From Trichinella spiralis (lineage: Eukaryota), in assembly GCF_000181795.1 (NCBI RefSeq), contig NW_003526941.1, forward strand, positions 750,266 to 810,359: a stretch of DNA of 60,094 bases, in the 5' to 3' direction. The notes below the pieces were generated by a model. The model was not told the origin of the DNA. It made no database searches and saw nothing but the letters and a program-made list of their open reading frames with translations. Every line of letters starts with the position of its first letter. Position 1 is the stretch's first letter. Positions 14,130-27,341 of this stretch are shown here, one piece after another. The position numbers and the translations under genes were made by a program.

Positions 14130-17100
14130 ATGGATGCATTCATGCAATTCATTCAGCTGCTTTACGAGGTAATTACACTAATATTTTCAGTATTGGAATG
14201 TCAAAGCAAAACTAAATTCAAAGATTCAGCTGTCGATTTGCATAACTTTAAGCTTTGCAAATATTTTGTAATATTTTACAATTTCATTTTAATACTGTTG
14301 ATATTAATTTACATTAGAGAATTTTTAAAATAAGTTTCTAAAGCATCTATCGCAGTTTTTGAATTCGCGGTGCATTGAAGGTGCCAACCACTATCCAACG
14401 ATGAAGCACTTTAAGGTTTTTCAAATCAACATTGCGCGTTCAAAACATGAAGATACGGTTGTTTTTTTAAAGTTTAAATACTTTTTATTTTTTAATTTAA
14501 ATGTAATATGAAATTATTGGCAGTAGGGTGACGTGAATAACAGATGAATGAATGAATCATGTTTTCGTTGAACAATGCGCAAATGTGCGAATATTTAAAA
14601 ATATTTTATTGATGAATAAGTAAATTTTGTAATTCTTTTCTTATTACGTCAAGCAAGTTAATATTATTTTGTAAAAATTTTTAAGCAGTGAAAAATGAAT
14701 ATGCAAATTTGTTTGCAGTTAATTTTTAATGTTTGCTTTTCAATGTTTTAGAATTTGAAGATCATCACCATTGGAATGGGTTGCATATTTATTACTTGGG
14801 TAATAAATAGGTTTATGCGATTGAATGTAGCAAGTAATACTACAATTTTTAACAATTTTTTTTCTTTTCGTAATAAATTGTATTCAGCATCATCTGCTAC
14901 AAAATATCCGGTGACTTTTAGTCGGAAATCGTCTTTCAATTATCGCTTTCGAAAGCGTGACCGAATGCTATTTTATGGACGTAAATTGATGAGAAAGGTA
15001 GTTGAAATGTTTGATTGCTTTTTTAATTTCGGAATGACATGACCGTTCATTTAATTATCAGGTAACAAGTGCCGTGATTAATGGTGATAAAAAGCAAAAG
15101 TTGAGAAAGCGGGATCGCGTTTTCAGATTTGCTTCCAAGTAAGTTAATAAAATTCTTCTTTTTATTTATCTATTAGTTTTGCTATTATTAATTAAAAAAT
15201 TTTTTTGAATACATATATAACAAAAACGTTGTACATGCGTCAATGTTTATCATTATGCAAACGTTTGATACGAAATTTGCTGGTCATCGTTGTTTATGCA
15301 TGTGCATACTTTTTCTTTGTTTTAAATCAAAATGTTGGCTGTAGTTTATTTAATGATTAAAAGTATTCATTAAAAAATGTGATATTATTCAACATTTGAA
15401 GCAGTTGTTTTGCAAAGTGAATTTGAAAATTCTTTGAAGAATTTGAATTGAAAAAATAATTGTAATAAATGTTTAATGCTTGAAAATTTTTAGATTTCTT
15501 CGTCCGCAGAAGAAGGACTTTACTGCTAGACCAATTCGACGACCGCCGGATGCTTTTTTGGAAGCTGACACTTCATTGCCAGTGTCGCCAAAATCAGTAC
15601 AGCTGCTGAATATGTTGAAAAGCATTCGGTTTTTGAAATTTTAATTCTTACTGTAAAGTGATGTTATTATTTTTGTTTTGCATTTTTTGATAGAATTCTT
15701 GGTCATTTTGAAATTCCATTTTTTCTCGACGTTTGCAAGCATATTGAAACGAAACGCTTTGCTGCTGATCAGTTTGTTTTCAAAGATGGAGAAATTCACG
15801 ACTGCATATACATTGTTGAAAGCGGTCGTCTTTCTTTATTTATCAAGGTAGTCTACTGATTTACCTATATATTTTAATACTCGTTAGCATTATGTTATAT
15901 TTAAGATGTTTCTTTTTGAATTTATTTAAGGATGAGAAATTCGATTTTGAAGTGAAATCCGTGGGCAGAGGAGATAGTTTGTATTGTTCTTTGAGTATTC
16001 TAGATATGATCAAGGTATTAATCATTTTTGACATAATTGTAATTTCAGATTTGTTCATTGTTTAAATTTATTTTAAGAATCAAGCCAGACCCATGAAGAA
16101 TGTTTTTGCAAAAGCGACAGAAGAATCTGTTGTTTTACAGTAATACTCTTTCATTAAGATGATAATTTATTATGATTTTTTGAAAGATTATTTGCAATGT
16201 AATTTCAGATTAAAATCGAGCGTATTCAATGATATTTTTGATAAATATCCAGAATCTTGGACACGTACCGTTCAAATTATTCTTCTCCGTTTTCAACGTA
16301 TAACGCTAGCCACGCTTTATCGTTACTTTGGTTTCACGTCAGAATTGTCCAAAACTGTACAACTTTATCGCATAATATTTCTGTTATTATATGGTTTGAA
16401 TTTTCAGGGTAGTCGTACAGTGTCAAAGTTATCCCCATTGCAAGAACAGTCTTGTAAAGGTAAGGCGAGTTTGTTGAAATTTTCCTACATTTAGAATGCT
16501 TTTCCATTTCCATATAATTTAGATTTTCGGGAAATTAAATCAGAGAATGAAGGCGCTACTCCTGAAGATTGTACGGCATCTGAAAATGTTAGGAAATTAT
16601 TTTCAGATGAAAAAAAGCAGTCTTTAATGAATAGTTAATGATGCTTTTAGGCTTTTCCTACCTTTGGGGTGTCTACTACTGATGATGATTCAGATATTTT
16701 TCAAGTGGCCATTGAAGAATTAGCCAAATTGTTCGGCATGAAGGTTTCGTTTGAATTTTTGTTATTTAACGAATTGTGCATCCATTTATTTAGGAGGCAT
16801 CATTCCTTGTTGACAAGGTGAAAGTGGAAAAATTTGAACCTGGCATAATGATAGTCAGACAAGGCTCAAACGTACATTGCCAATATCGTTGTAGTTGTTG
16901 CTGTGTGTATGTAAAATTCTAAGGAATGTTTTTTTTCTGTTTTGCAGGAATTGCAGCTTTTCTATGTGGTATCCGGTATGTTGGAATTGTTGCTCGAAAG
17001 TCAAGAGGAGCCGGATGTTTTGTTGCCGATTTCGATAGTGCAAACGGGTGATGTGATTGGCGGTTTGTCAGTTTTGACTGGTGAGCCATCTTTTTTTGCG

Positions 17101-19736
17101 GTTCGAACTCGCAGCTTTTGTCAGCTTGCCATTGTGGAACGAAAAAGCTTATACGAGTGCGTTACTTTTCTCAATAGGTTTTTAGTTGGTTGTATTAATT
17201 TTTCTTTTTTTTACGTAGAATTATCAGTGAATATCCAAGGGTAGTGGTCAACGTTGCCTCGACTGCGGTGGAATCTTACTCTGATTTTGTAAAAGAATTC
17301 GATATGGCCGTCGAGTGGGAAATTTGTGAATCTGGGAAAGCTCTTTACAAGTTGTTTGTTTTATTTTGTTAAGCATTCAAAAAGAAAAAATAATCTGACA
17401 AATTTGTTTCCAGGCAAAACGAACAAGCTGATGCTTTATACGTGGTGCTCAGTGGAAGATTGCGATCCGTTTTGACCAGAGAACCTGGTACGAGAGAGGT
17501 GCTGAATGAACACGGTAGAGGTGATGTAGTTGGATTGGTATGTACTTTTATAGATTTTGATCAAGAATATATATATATATATATATATATATTATTATTG
17601 GCGTTAACTTCAATTTTTAAGGTTGAAATTTGGACTCTACGCCGTCGTTCTACGTCAGTGATTGCCATTCGGTGTGGTTGATTGATGATTTGATTTGATT
17701 GTTTGTTTGTTTTCATCATTTTTATTTTAAGGGATACTGAACTTTGTAAAATATACGCTACGTTGATGAATTTCATCAAAAACAAACATCCTCAAGTGTT
17801 GTCGAATATAATTCGTTTACTTGGGCATTGTATTATTGAACAACAACAACAGACAGTATCGGCAGGTATTATTTATATGTTTTTTGTTGGTGAATGAATG
17901 ACTTTGACTTTTCGAATTGAAATTCTAATATTATTTATTTGGTTGAAGAATTATTAATATACGAAGAAGGGCAATAGTAATGACCAATAATTTATGAAAT
18001 TCAATTTTCAGTACATCGTGAACCGTTGGCCCACGTATCGAATTTGAATACAATTGCCGTCCTTGCCGTCTCTGATGAGGTTCCTTTGACCGGCTTTACG
18101 GTGGAACTTTGGAATGCGTTGAACTCAATAACACCAACTGAACTGTTCTCTTCTTATACACTGCAAGATATGCTCGGTCCCACTGCTCTTGACAAGTGAA
18201 CTGCAATTGTCATTTTATTTTGCAATTGATGAAAAAATTTCTTTCATCAGGGTTAACGAATATCAAATAATTACCTGGCTTAATCAGCAAGAGGATGGTA
18301 ATAGTATCGTACTTTATCAGTGTGATGTTGAGTTGACCACATTTACATCACTTTGTATCAGGCGTGCCGATTGCATATTGATTGTTGCTAACGGTGAACA
18401 GGAGCCAATGGTTGGCGAGGTTTGTTATTGCTGTTAAATAAATGAATATATATATATATATATGTAAAGTACATTATTGAAGATTGAAAAAGAGTTGGAA
18501 AATTTAACCGTACGAGCGCAAAAGGAGTTGATTCTTCTTTGGCACGATTCTACAGATCGACCTCGTCGTACTGCCGAATGGCTTGATCTTCATGGCTGGG
18601 TTTCATCACATTATCATGTTCGCTTTCGTGATCGGGTGTTCAAGCAGCGTAATCCAAAAAGGATGGTCTGTTCTATAATTAAAAAAGAAAAAATTTTTCT
18701 CCTCCATTCATTCAATCAGTATTTTTACAGTTGCGCTACAAGGAACGAATCATCCGCCGATGTGATAACAGGCATACGGACATTGCGAGGCTAGCCCGGG
18801 CGTTGACGTCTACTTCAATTGGTATTGTTTTCGGGGGAGGGGGAGCAAGGTATGCGGACGAACGTTTTCCTTCTCCAATTAGCAATGACGAAAGTGATGG
18901 AATGAAATTTTCAGAGGTGCTGCTCACGTGGGTATTATTAAAGCGTTGAAAGATCACGGCATCCCGGTGGATATTGTGGCTGGTGTTAGTATTGGTGCTT
19001 TTGTTGGTGGCATGTATTGTCTTGACTCGGATGTACCAAAGTTGATCATGTGCGCCAAGCAAGCGTTCAAAGTGAGAATCATCATTTATTTATCGAAACA
19101 ATTTTCAGCAATAAAGTATGATTGTTTTTAATTGAAAATTTTAACAGGAAGCTGCGTCGTTTTGGGCGAGGTTGTTTGATCTCACGTATCCAGTATCAGC
19201 TCTGTTTACGGGTAATTTTGCTTTGTATTAATGATATGCGAAGAATTAAATTTCAGAAAATGTCGTTTTTTCTAATTACCGTTTAATTAGGCAAGGCGTT
19301 GAATCGTTTGTTGAAATCAGTATTCAACGACGTCGAAATTGAAGATCTTTGGATTCCATACTTCAACGTGACCACTGACATCACATCATCAGAGATGCGT
19401 GTCCATCGAAGTGGTATGTTGTTGCACGAATAGCTTAGTTTTGTTATTGTTCTGCTCAGGTAAACTGTGGCGCTTCACACGCGCCAGTATGTCCTACATT
19501 GGTATATTGCCGCCTCTGTGCGATCCAATTGATGGTCATTATTTGGTCGACGGTTGTTACATGAACAATTTACCAGGTCAGTTATTTGTTCCCACTGCTT
19601 TTATGTTGCTTTGCTGTTAGGCACGCTGTGGCGTTACTGCAGGGCTAGCATGTCGCTGGCCGGTTTCGTTCCACCCATTTTTGATCTCACTGACGAACAC
19701 TTGCTCCTTGACGGCGGCTATGTAAATAATTTGCCA

Positions 19737-19788
<52 letters not shown>

Positions 19789-21760
19789 TTCCTGAGTCGT
19801 AAAGTCGGGTCCCCACACTTTGAGAAAAAACAGATCATTGTTAAATAATTAAATAAGCGGGATATTATATTCGAATGGAAATGAAAATGATATTTTAAGC
19901 TGAGAAAACTTTTCTTTTATAAACTTATCCTATGATAATGTCAATCGTATAGTAGGTCGTATGTGAAAACTTTTCTATCATTGAGAGCAAAAACTAATTT
20001 TTAATTTTATGAAGTCACGTTTTGAAATATTGATTCTTCCTTATTGCAGACATTTTTGCATGAAAAATAGTTGTGTTGATATAGCCTAACGAAAAATTCG
20101 CTTAATGAAATAAAATCTAACTAGTGAAGCATTATTGTAAATATTAGAAATATGCTGTGTGGGCTTTGTTCGACTTTGCAGTGGTTTTTAATGAATAATG
20201 CATATTTATGAACATGTACTAGTTTACTCGATGCATGTTTCGCTTCAAATTAATAAAATGAAATATTGAAATTTGTGAATTTTTATTTCGAATAATTTTT
20301 CTTTGTTGTCATTTTGACTAATTTTGCTAATTATATATGGTTGACTGTTAGAATGAAAGTTTCATTTAAATTTTGAATTACAATAATAACAATATTAGCT
20401 TTTAAAGAAAAGTTTTCTTTTCATTTTTTAATTTTTCAAATGGTCAACTTTTCAGATTTTCAGTTCAAACATTTTTAATTTATAAGATAAAAAAAATCGC
20501 CTGATTTGAGCGAGTGACTCGTCGAAGTGCTGCTTGCATGTAAGTTTTTGTGCTATGCAAATCTGCAAACGTTTCATTAATGCTTTTTTTATAATAAATT
20601 CGATATCATGTGCGTTCAGCTGCACGCTTTAGATCACGGCTGGAGTGATGTACAATATGCATCGGTATTTTTTTATATTGCACTGTGCTGTTTGTTTGGT
20701 GTTATTAAGGATGCATCGTTTTGCTTTATATTATCATTTGGAGCTTGTCTTTTAACATTTGCTTTTATCGAACTTGTGGTTTTATTACTGGCACTGTTTG
20801 TGTTGCATTTATTTATTATTTTGTTTTTGTCCTTTTTTCTGCTTAAGTTCAGTTTTTTAATATGTATTTTGCAGCTGATGTGATGCGCAGTTTGGGTGTG
20901 CGAACGGTGATTGCAGTGGACGTGGGGGCACTGACGGAAACTGAATTTACCAACTACGGCGATTCTTTGTCTGGTTGGTGGGCTTTGTGGAAAAAATATA
21001 ATCCCTGGGCATCGCCTGTTCGGGTGAGGAATTTTTTTATTTCTATTTTATGCTTTAAATGTGAAATTTGATTTCATATTTCATCTGTCTGGTGAAACAG
21101 GTAATGAGCATGGCTGAGATTCAGTCACGTCTTGCGTACGTTAGCTGTGTGAGACAGTTGGAAGAGGTGAAAAAAGCACCTTATTGTCATTACGTTCGTC
21201 CGCCAATAGATAAATACCAAACGTTTGATTTCAATTTGTTCGACGAAATATTCGTATGAAATATGATGATGAATTTGATTGCAATTCTTAGCAGCTCATC
21301 GGAATTGTGTTCTCCAATTCAGAATGTTGGATACTGGCATGGCAAAACTCTGTTAGAAGAATGGAAGTCCAGTGGCAAATTGCAAGAAGTGTTTGACGGA
21401 CGATCGGCTAATCTTTCCAAATTTGCTCAGAGAGAAAAATTCAAGCGAGTGAGCTTCATGCTTTACGACGATTGGTCCTTTTTTTGTGTTTTGAAATTTC
21501 CATGCTCAATGCTTTTATTTTCAAGGGGTTTGCATTCACGTCCGCTCAATCATTCACAGATCTTGCTGCTATGGTATCAAAAATACATCGTCCCTTTGAA
21601 ACATCTCTAGACGAGAGTAAGTTTTTATTCATTTTTGATCGAAAATTTCAGGTCCTTGTACATATTATATTTTCATTCAGTTTCTGAAGAAGAAGGTGAC
21701 GATAGAATTCCGCTTGATTTGATTCACCCTACCAGTAGTTCATCCGCAAAATTGGCTTAA
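14130..21760 (+). CDS. sws: Neuropathy target esterase / swiss cheese (PNPLA6/7 family): TM anchor, cNMP-binding domains, patatin domain; many exons
   Basis: [56 protein letters not shown] nucleophile motif, LWRxxRASMS...DGxYx[36 protein letters not shown] at 21758-21760. Start exon (14130-14168) is less certain. Confidence 0.93.
19460..19576 (+). other. NTE alternative exon A (117 nt, phase 1-1), DGC variant
   Basis: ctcag|GT AAA CTG TGG...TTA CCA G|gtcag; (G)[38 protein letters not shown]. Confidence 0.85.
19621..19737 (+). other. NTE alternative exon B (117 nt, phase 1-1), DGG variant
   Basis: gttag|GC ACG CTG TGG...TTG CCA G|gtaat; (G)[38 protein letters not shown]. Confidence 0.88.
19739..19786. 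repeat. (TAA)16 microsatellite overlapping the exon B donor site
   Basis: Perfect trinucleotide run beginning within the GT donor. Confidence 0.95.
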
Positions 21761-23366
21761 TTGACATGTAATTGTTTCAATCGTGAGAAAGGTATTTTAT
21801 TTTTTTTATAAAAGTTATACTTCACTCGCAGCATGCATTTTTAAATTTGTGTTAATTTTTTACGGGATTGACATGAAAACCCGTAAAACTCTTCTTCCTT
21901 CTACTTCTCCTGTCTCACTGGCTATTGTTTTCTCCATTGGTTGTCGAATGAAAATTCTCCAATTTCCAAAATTTTCATTTTCTTTTGTTAATAAATTGTT
22001 TTTCCTGATCATTGATAGCAATCGTTTTCATTTTCCACGAGATGTTTTATCAGTATTTTTTGCTTGTGATAATAGAAATTGAAACAACTAAATTCTAACA
22101 TATCTTTGAACGAAACTTCAATTTTTAATGACACTGTTTTCATCAGAGAAACCATTTAATTTTTGTTCAGAATTAAGCAGTAATTTGGCACTAGTTTCTT
22201 CCCCTGATGTTTACATTTTAAAGTAATTTACGGAAAATTTTCATCAGCTTGAATATCGTTTTCTCACAGACCGAAACTGTACTACTTTGATTAGTAGATT
22301 TTACATCTGTTCTATTTAATCCAGCTAAGATCAAATAATTGATTCAAACATTTACAGTCACAATAATATTTAAATTGACATTTTGTCGTCTGATTACTCT
22401 TTACATTATAATTATGTTGGACAAGATGCTGACATTTTCAGAATTGCTTCCTGCAGAAACGATCGTCAGTCAAAAGTGAGAAGCTTTATTTCAGCTTTCA
22501 CTTGGAGGGTGTTGAAAAAGATTATTTCAAATTTATCAGATAACAGAACATTTCAATTATTCAGAGTAAAAAATTTAATTATTTAAGGTACTTTATGCGG
22601 ACAAACACTGCTCAAAGGGAAATGGCAACTGAAAACTTGTCGAAAATTGCGAGTGCCGCGATTTGTAAAATAGCATATATCCACCTCAAATTAGTGACAG
22701 TTAATTCATGTAGGCGTATGTGAATTAAGTGAAAGAGAACAAAAAAACTGATTTGGATCTAAACTTGACATTCATTAATTCTACTGTAATTCGACAAATT
22801 TTCTACAGTGGTAAGTGTGATTTTCACGTATAAAATTGCAATCAAATAAGACTTCTGTTTTGTTTGATTTTGTTCTTCTTTTTGTTTTTCTGTTTTGTGG
22901 TTTGAATGTGTATCTATTTAAATCGTAAGACAGTTTATAAACTGGTCTACATTTTAAATCCCATCTACACCGTTGAAATATTATATTCCATCTGTTGACC
23001 GTAGAATTGTCGGAAAGATTTATTATTTAAATAATACTCTAACAATAATAGTATTAGTAGTGCAAATAATTTAGTATCGTCATTATTTACAAAAAATGAA
23101 GTACAGTATCACAGGTAATTATTTTTAATACAGTAATCTTTAGGGTTAGAAAAATTTTGTGAATTTGTAAAGTGCACAAGTTACATTTTTTTTAATTGAC
23201 AATAAATTTAAACTTTATGCTGGTGATCAGTAATTAAAATGCATATAAATGTTGAAATGTAATATAAATGTCTGTTTTAAGTAGAATAATAGGAAGAGAC
23301 ATTTTTTGAATTATTGGCAGCTGCATTAAATAATATCAATTGTAGTATTATAACAACAATTTGAAA

Positions 23367-23652
23367 ATGAGCGGACATCGGGTTGTTATTTCTCGTGATG
23401 ACGTTGATCAGTTTGATAAATTATTAGAGAAAAGTGGATGCGCTAAAGAACATTATGTTTTGCAGGTAATAGCATCTTCAAACGGAATGTTAAATGCTAA
23501 AAACTTGATAAATTGTATAAGTTGATTAAAATTATTTCAAGGAATGTTATGCTGAACACAAAGATTGGCGAAAGTGTAAGAAAGAAATTGATGCGCTCAG
23601 AAAGTGCATGAAAGTGGAAGATCGAACTCAATCAGCGGACAATGCTACTTAG
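23367..23652 (+). CDS. COA4: Cytochrome c oxidase assembly factor 4 (CHCHD8), twin CX9C protein, 2 exons
   Basis: Not in the ORF track. Exons 23367-23465 and 23542-23652: MSGHRVVISRDDVDQFDKLLEKSGCAKEHYVLQ|ECYAEHKDWRKCKKEIDALRKCM...; two CX9C motifs with the DWRxC signature. Confidence 0.85.
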
Positions 23653-24196
23653 CTTTTGTTCTGCAGCTCATGCTAATTGTTTTCCTACTGGAACATCTGA
23701 AGTAAAATTTTTGAATAATATCATCAAGTGGTCTGATTTTTTGTTTGTCATTTCATGGATTATTTTTTCAGACTGTAGTGTTATTTAAATAGAGATTTTC
23801 CACTTTTTATCCTTCTTATTCAGGTATATCATTCTGATTTTTACGGCCTAATTCTGTTCAAAATTGGGAAGTAATTGGTTTTCCTTTTTGCTTTTTTGTT
23901 TAATTAATTAATTAATTATGTTCTACTGATCAATTTTGTGAGAAAGAATTTGAAACGAGAAACGAAAAAAAGCCAAACAAATGAACAAATGCTTGAACTG
24001 AAATAGCACTTGCCAGTGTTGCAAATGAAAATGTACAAGTGGGATATTCTAATTTGTAACTAATTTTATCATCATCATTAATTGTTACAATCAAAACTGG
24101 TCCGTTTGATGTGATGGTTGATTTGCTCCTTACATCGAAGATGGACGATCAGAAGAAAGAAATTCAGTCATCAATTGGTTGATCATTGTGGAAAGC

Positions 24197-25142
24197 ATGA
24201 TCTATTATTATGCAGTGTTGTTGGGCTTTATTTTTGTTGAAGCATTTTCTGAGAACACAACTGCAGGTTATTTAATTTAATTTAATTTTATTTAATTTTA
24301 TTTTATTTTATTTGTTCATTTCGCTGTCATTATTTATTTATTTATTTATTTACAGATTAATCACACATTTTCGTTATAATTTTTTGATCAACAAAGCAAT
24401 TTTTGCTGAATATGTTTTCAGTTTTAAGAATTTGCAACAAATTCTTCAATATTGTTGTCGTTGACCGAAGCGGAAAATATTTCCGAACAAGTCGAAGCTT
24501 TTTCTTCCAATCACTCCAGTGATGCAGACGATGTGGCAGTGGAAATGGCGAAACATTGTCCAGAAGTGCGCTGCTATGGACGTAACTGTGCTATAGTACG
24601 TGAATTCAACGCTTGCCCTGTCTGCGCTTGTCCAATAGGTCTGAACAAATATTGTCTATTAATAATCGTATAATTTCAATGCACTGTTGTGAATTTTTCA
24701 TTTTTAAATTATGTCAGGCAGTCCAGCACGAGGTTGTGACCGTATGCCAAAGTACATGTATGATGAATTGTTCAAGAATGGCTGTCAAAATTTAGCTAAT
24801 CTCACCGCACCTCGTTATCCAGCTGTGACCGTTTTTCGATGGTACCGATATGTAAGTTGAGTGTTCAGTGCTTGGTGATTTTCATCATATTTATTAATTC
24901 AGCTCAATCAGTTGTTATTGGAAGTTTTTTTTCATTTTTTAAAGTTAATCCACATTTATATATATAGGCATGGAACAGTTTGGCGTTTACTGCTTTATTT
25001 TTAGACTAATCATTTAGATGGAACAGATGAATGCCGAATTTACATGTATCCTTATTGTCGTGATTATGAGCTCAACGTATGGCCATCACCGAAAACTCGA
25101 GAAGAATGCTATGATTATTGTTACAAGACAGGCATGCCATAG
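24197..25142 (+). CDS. Secreted cysteine-rich protein with an antistasin-like N-terminal module and a divergent Kunitz/BPTI-like C-terminal module, about 4 exons
   Basis: Signal peptide MIYYYAVLLGFIFVEAFS; CPEVRCYGRNCAIVREFNACPVCACPIG; FRWYRY...DECRIYMYPYCRD...PKTREECYDYC; TAG at 25140-25142; canonical splice sites. Confidence 0.7.
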
Positions 25143-26225
25143 CACGCGTATGTATAATGTATAGCGTGGAACAAAATATATAAAATATTTTTATTTAAAT
25201 TGTCTTATTTTTGAAATTTTCATCACAAAACGTAAAATTCGTTCCACTGTTTTAGCCATTGTTATTGTTCAATGTGCAGTGTTCATTTTATTTGTGAGTA
25301 TACACGCTCGCTACACAGATTGCAAACATTATCGTTGTTCATGTTAATAACATTTGCTTATTTGTACATTGTGAGCGTTGTTGTTTCATAGATTAGCATG
25401 TTGTTATTAATACTTGTAGAAAGCTGTCGTCCAGCCGTGTGAGTGAGACTGTTTTGATAGGAAAAAGTTGGAAAAGTAAAAGACCGTGGTGCAACAAACG
25501 ATCATTCGACAAATAACCAATGCGCACTGTACGTTAACCTGAAAATCATTAATAATGTTTCAATTCAGATTAAAATTGGAACGTATCGCCTATCCAATTG
25601 TACGAGTTTATAGTAGAAGATGCAATTGTAATTTTAATTAATTGTTGATTTGATTTATTTTGCTATGATAAGCATCAAAAAATGTTTTGATCAATTTTGC
25701 CCATTAGTTGGTAAGTGAGCTTGATTTTTGTTGATACATTTTGGCAAATTCGGATTATGGAAATTGTTTCGTCGTTCACCGTCTTCTGGAAAAGCGGCAG
25801 TAAGTAAAAGTTTTGTTAAAATCAGCATGATGAAAAATATCAATTAGTTAATAATTTCTGCACTCTGGTATTCAATTCAGTTGGGACCATCCAGAGATGT
25901 ATATGTATATGCTGGCCTTGAATTCGTTCAACCGGTATTTCGTGAGCGTTGTTTTTCTGGGACCGGTTTGTTCAGCCTCGTGCAATGCTTGCTTGACAGG
26001 CTGCGATAAAGCCGGTGTCGAATGAAAATTCCGTTTTCACCGTTACCAAGCAACGGCAATGAACGACTGCCGAGATGGCAAGGGGCACAATTGAAATTGA
26101 CTTCGACCAGTTGACGATGATCTGTGAGGGTGTGGTGGATTATTATTTAAATAATAATTTTTTTTGAAAAATGATCGATCATTATTCTCTCACGAGCGTC
26201 GTCGTTTGAGCAGTTGTTGCTGACG

Positions 26226-27341
26226 ATGATTGGTCGACTGCGTTCGGCCCAGGGTCGACGCTGGGCGTGGTTGCTGGTCGCAGTGGTGGTCGACCTGCTC
26301 CACTCGGTTTTGGTGGAGAAGCGTCGCGAAGCGGCCGTGGCACGGCTCCACTGGCAGCGGTCTCGCAACGCTTGCGAGCCGCTTTACGGTCGGATCGGTA
26401 TTTTCATCTACGCCGACCAGTTGGAACGCTACGAAGGTACAATCGCCTGCTGGAAGTGCTACGCCGACAGCCATGGCTATGAGCAATTTGTCGTGAAGCC
26501 GTTTGCGGAAGACCAGCGGTGCCAGAGGCGATGCGGCCATATAGTTTCGGTCTTTTTCAGACGACACTGCGTGGCGGCGGTCTATTTGGACCGGGTGGAT
26601 TGGCTGCTTTTCGTCGACGCTGACAGTTTTCCGGTCAATTTCCATCGATGCGTTGAAGAGTTCGTCGACCCTGACTATCAGATAATCCACTACGAGCGAT
26701 TTTTCAGCGGCGAGGTGGCGGCCGGCTCTTACCTCGTCCGCAACACTGACCAATCCAGAGACTACTTGCTCGACTGGGCCGAGCAGAGTTTCGTTCTGAA
26801 TCAGATCCACGTCCACAACATGGACAACGGTGTGCTTCAGCTGCACGTGCTTCGGGCGGTCGGCGTCGACCACGACCGTCTGGCCGTCTGCTGGGACAAA
26901 TTCCGCAACGCCAGCTCGCTGGTCGGCTACTTCGCGTTCGTCGGCTGCACGAAGAAGAGCCTGCGGGAGCACCGGCCCACCGCCGCTACCACTGCCGGTC
27001 ACTCCCGGCGGTCGGTGAAAGTGCTGGCGCCGTTGGGCGGCTGGCTTCGCGACGTCTGGCTGACGGGCGGCCGCTGGACCGACCGGGATTTCGTCCTGCA
27101 CGACTTGAAACGGCAGAACGCTTTTCTCAAACGGTTCGTCTCCGAACCGTCCTGTCCGAGCTCGGTCGACACCGCCGGTTGGCTCTGGTCACTCGGTCCG
27201 ACCAAACTCGGCTACAAGGTGAGCGTCGAAACCGCCAGCCGACTGTTTTCCAAAGCTGAACGTCGGTCCGCTCGTTACCACCCGGATGTCTTCTTCCTCG
27301 ATAGCTCTTCTTCGTCAGGTGTCGTATCTCATTACGGCTGA
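26226..27341 (+). CDS. DUF273-family nucleotide-diphospho-sugar transferase-like protein, intronless, GC-rich
   Basis: N-terminal hydrophobic anchor; FFRRHCVAAVYL, WLLFVDAD (DxD), YERFFSGEVAAGSYLVRNT, DNGVLQLH, GWLRDVWLTGGRWTDRDFVLH resemble nematode DUF273 motifs as I recall them. Confidence 0.75.
   Translation: MIGRLRSAQGRRWAWLLVAVVVDLLHSVLVEKRREAAVARLHWQRSRNACEPLYGRIGIFIYADQLERYEGTIACWKCYADSHGYEQFVVKPFAEDQRCQRRCGHIVSVFFRRHCVAAVYLDRVDWLLFVDADSFPVNFHRCVEEFVDPDYQIIHYERFFSGEVAAGSYLVRNTDQSRDYLLDWAEQSFVLNQIHVHNMDNGVLQLHVLRAVGVDHDRLAVCWDKFRNASSLVGYFAFVGCTKKSLREHRPTAATTAGHSRRSVKVLAPLGGWLRDVWLTGGRWTDRDFVLHDLKRQNAFLKRFVSEPSCPSSVDTAGWLWSLGPTKLGYKVSVETASRLFSKAERRSARYHPDVFFLDSSSSSGVVSHYG

Noticed and set aside
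19554..19838. Poly-Asn / poly-Ile protein
   Set aside because: Translation of the intronic (TAA)16 microsatellite.
20608..20883. Hydrophobic 91-aa ORF as a membrane protein
   Set aside because: T-rich 3' end of the NTE intron giving Phe/Leu-rich translation.
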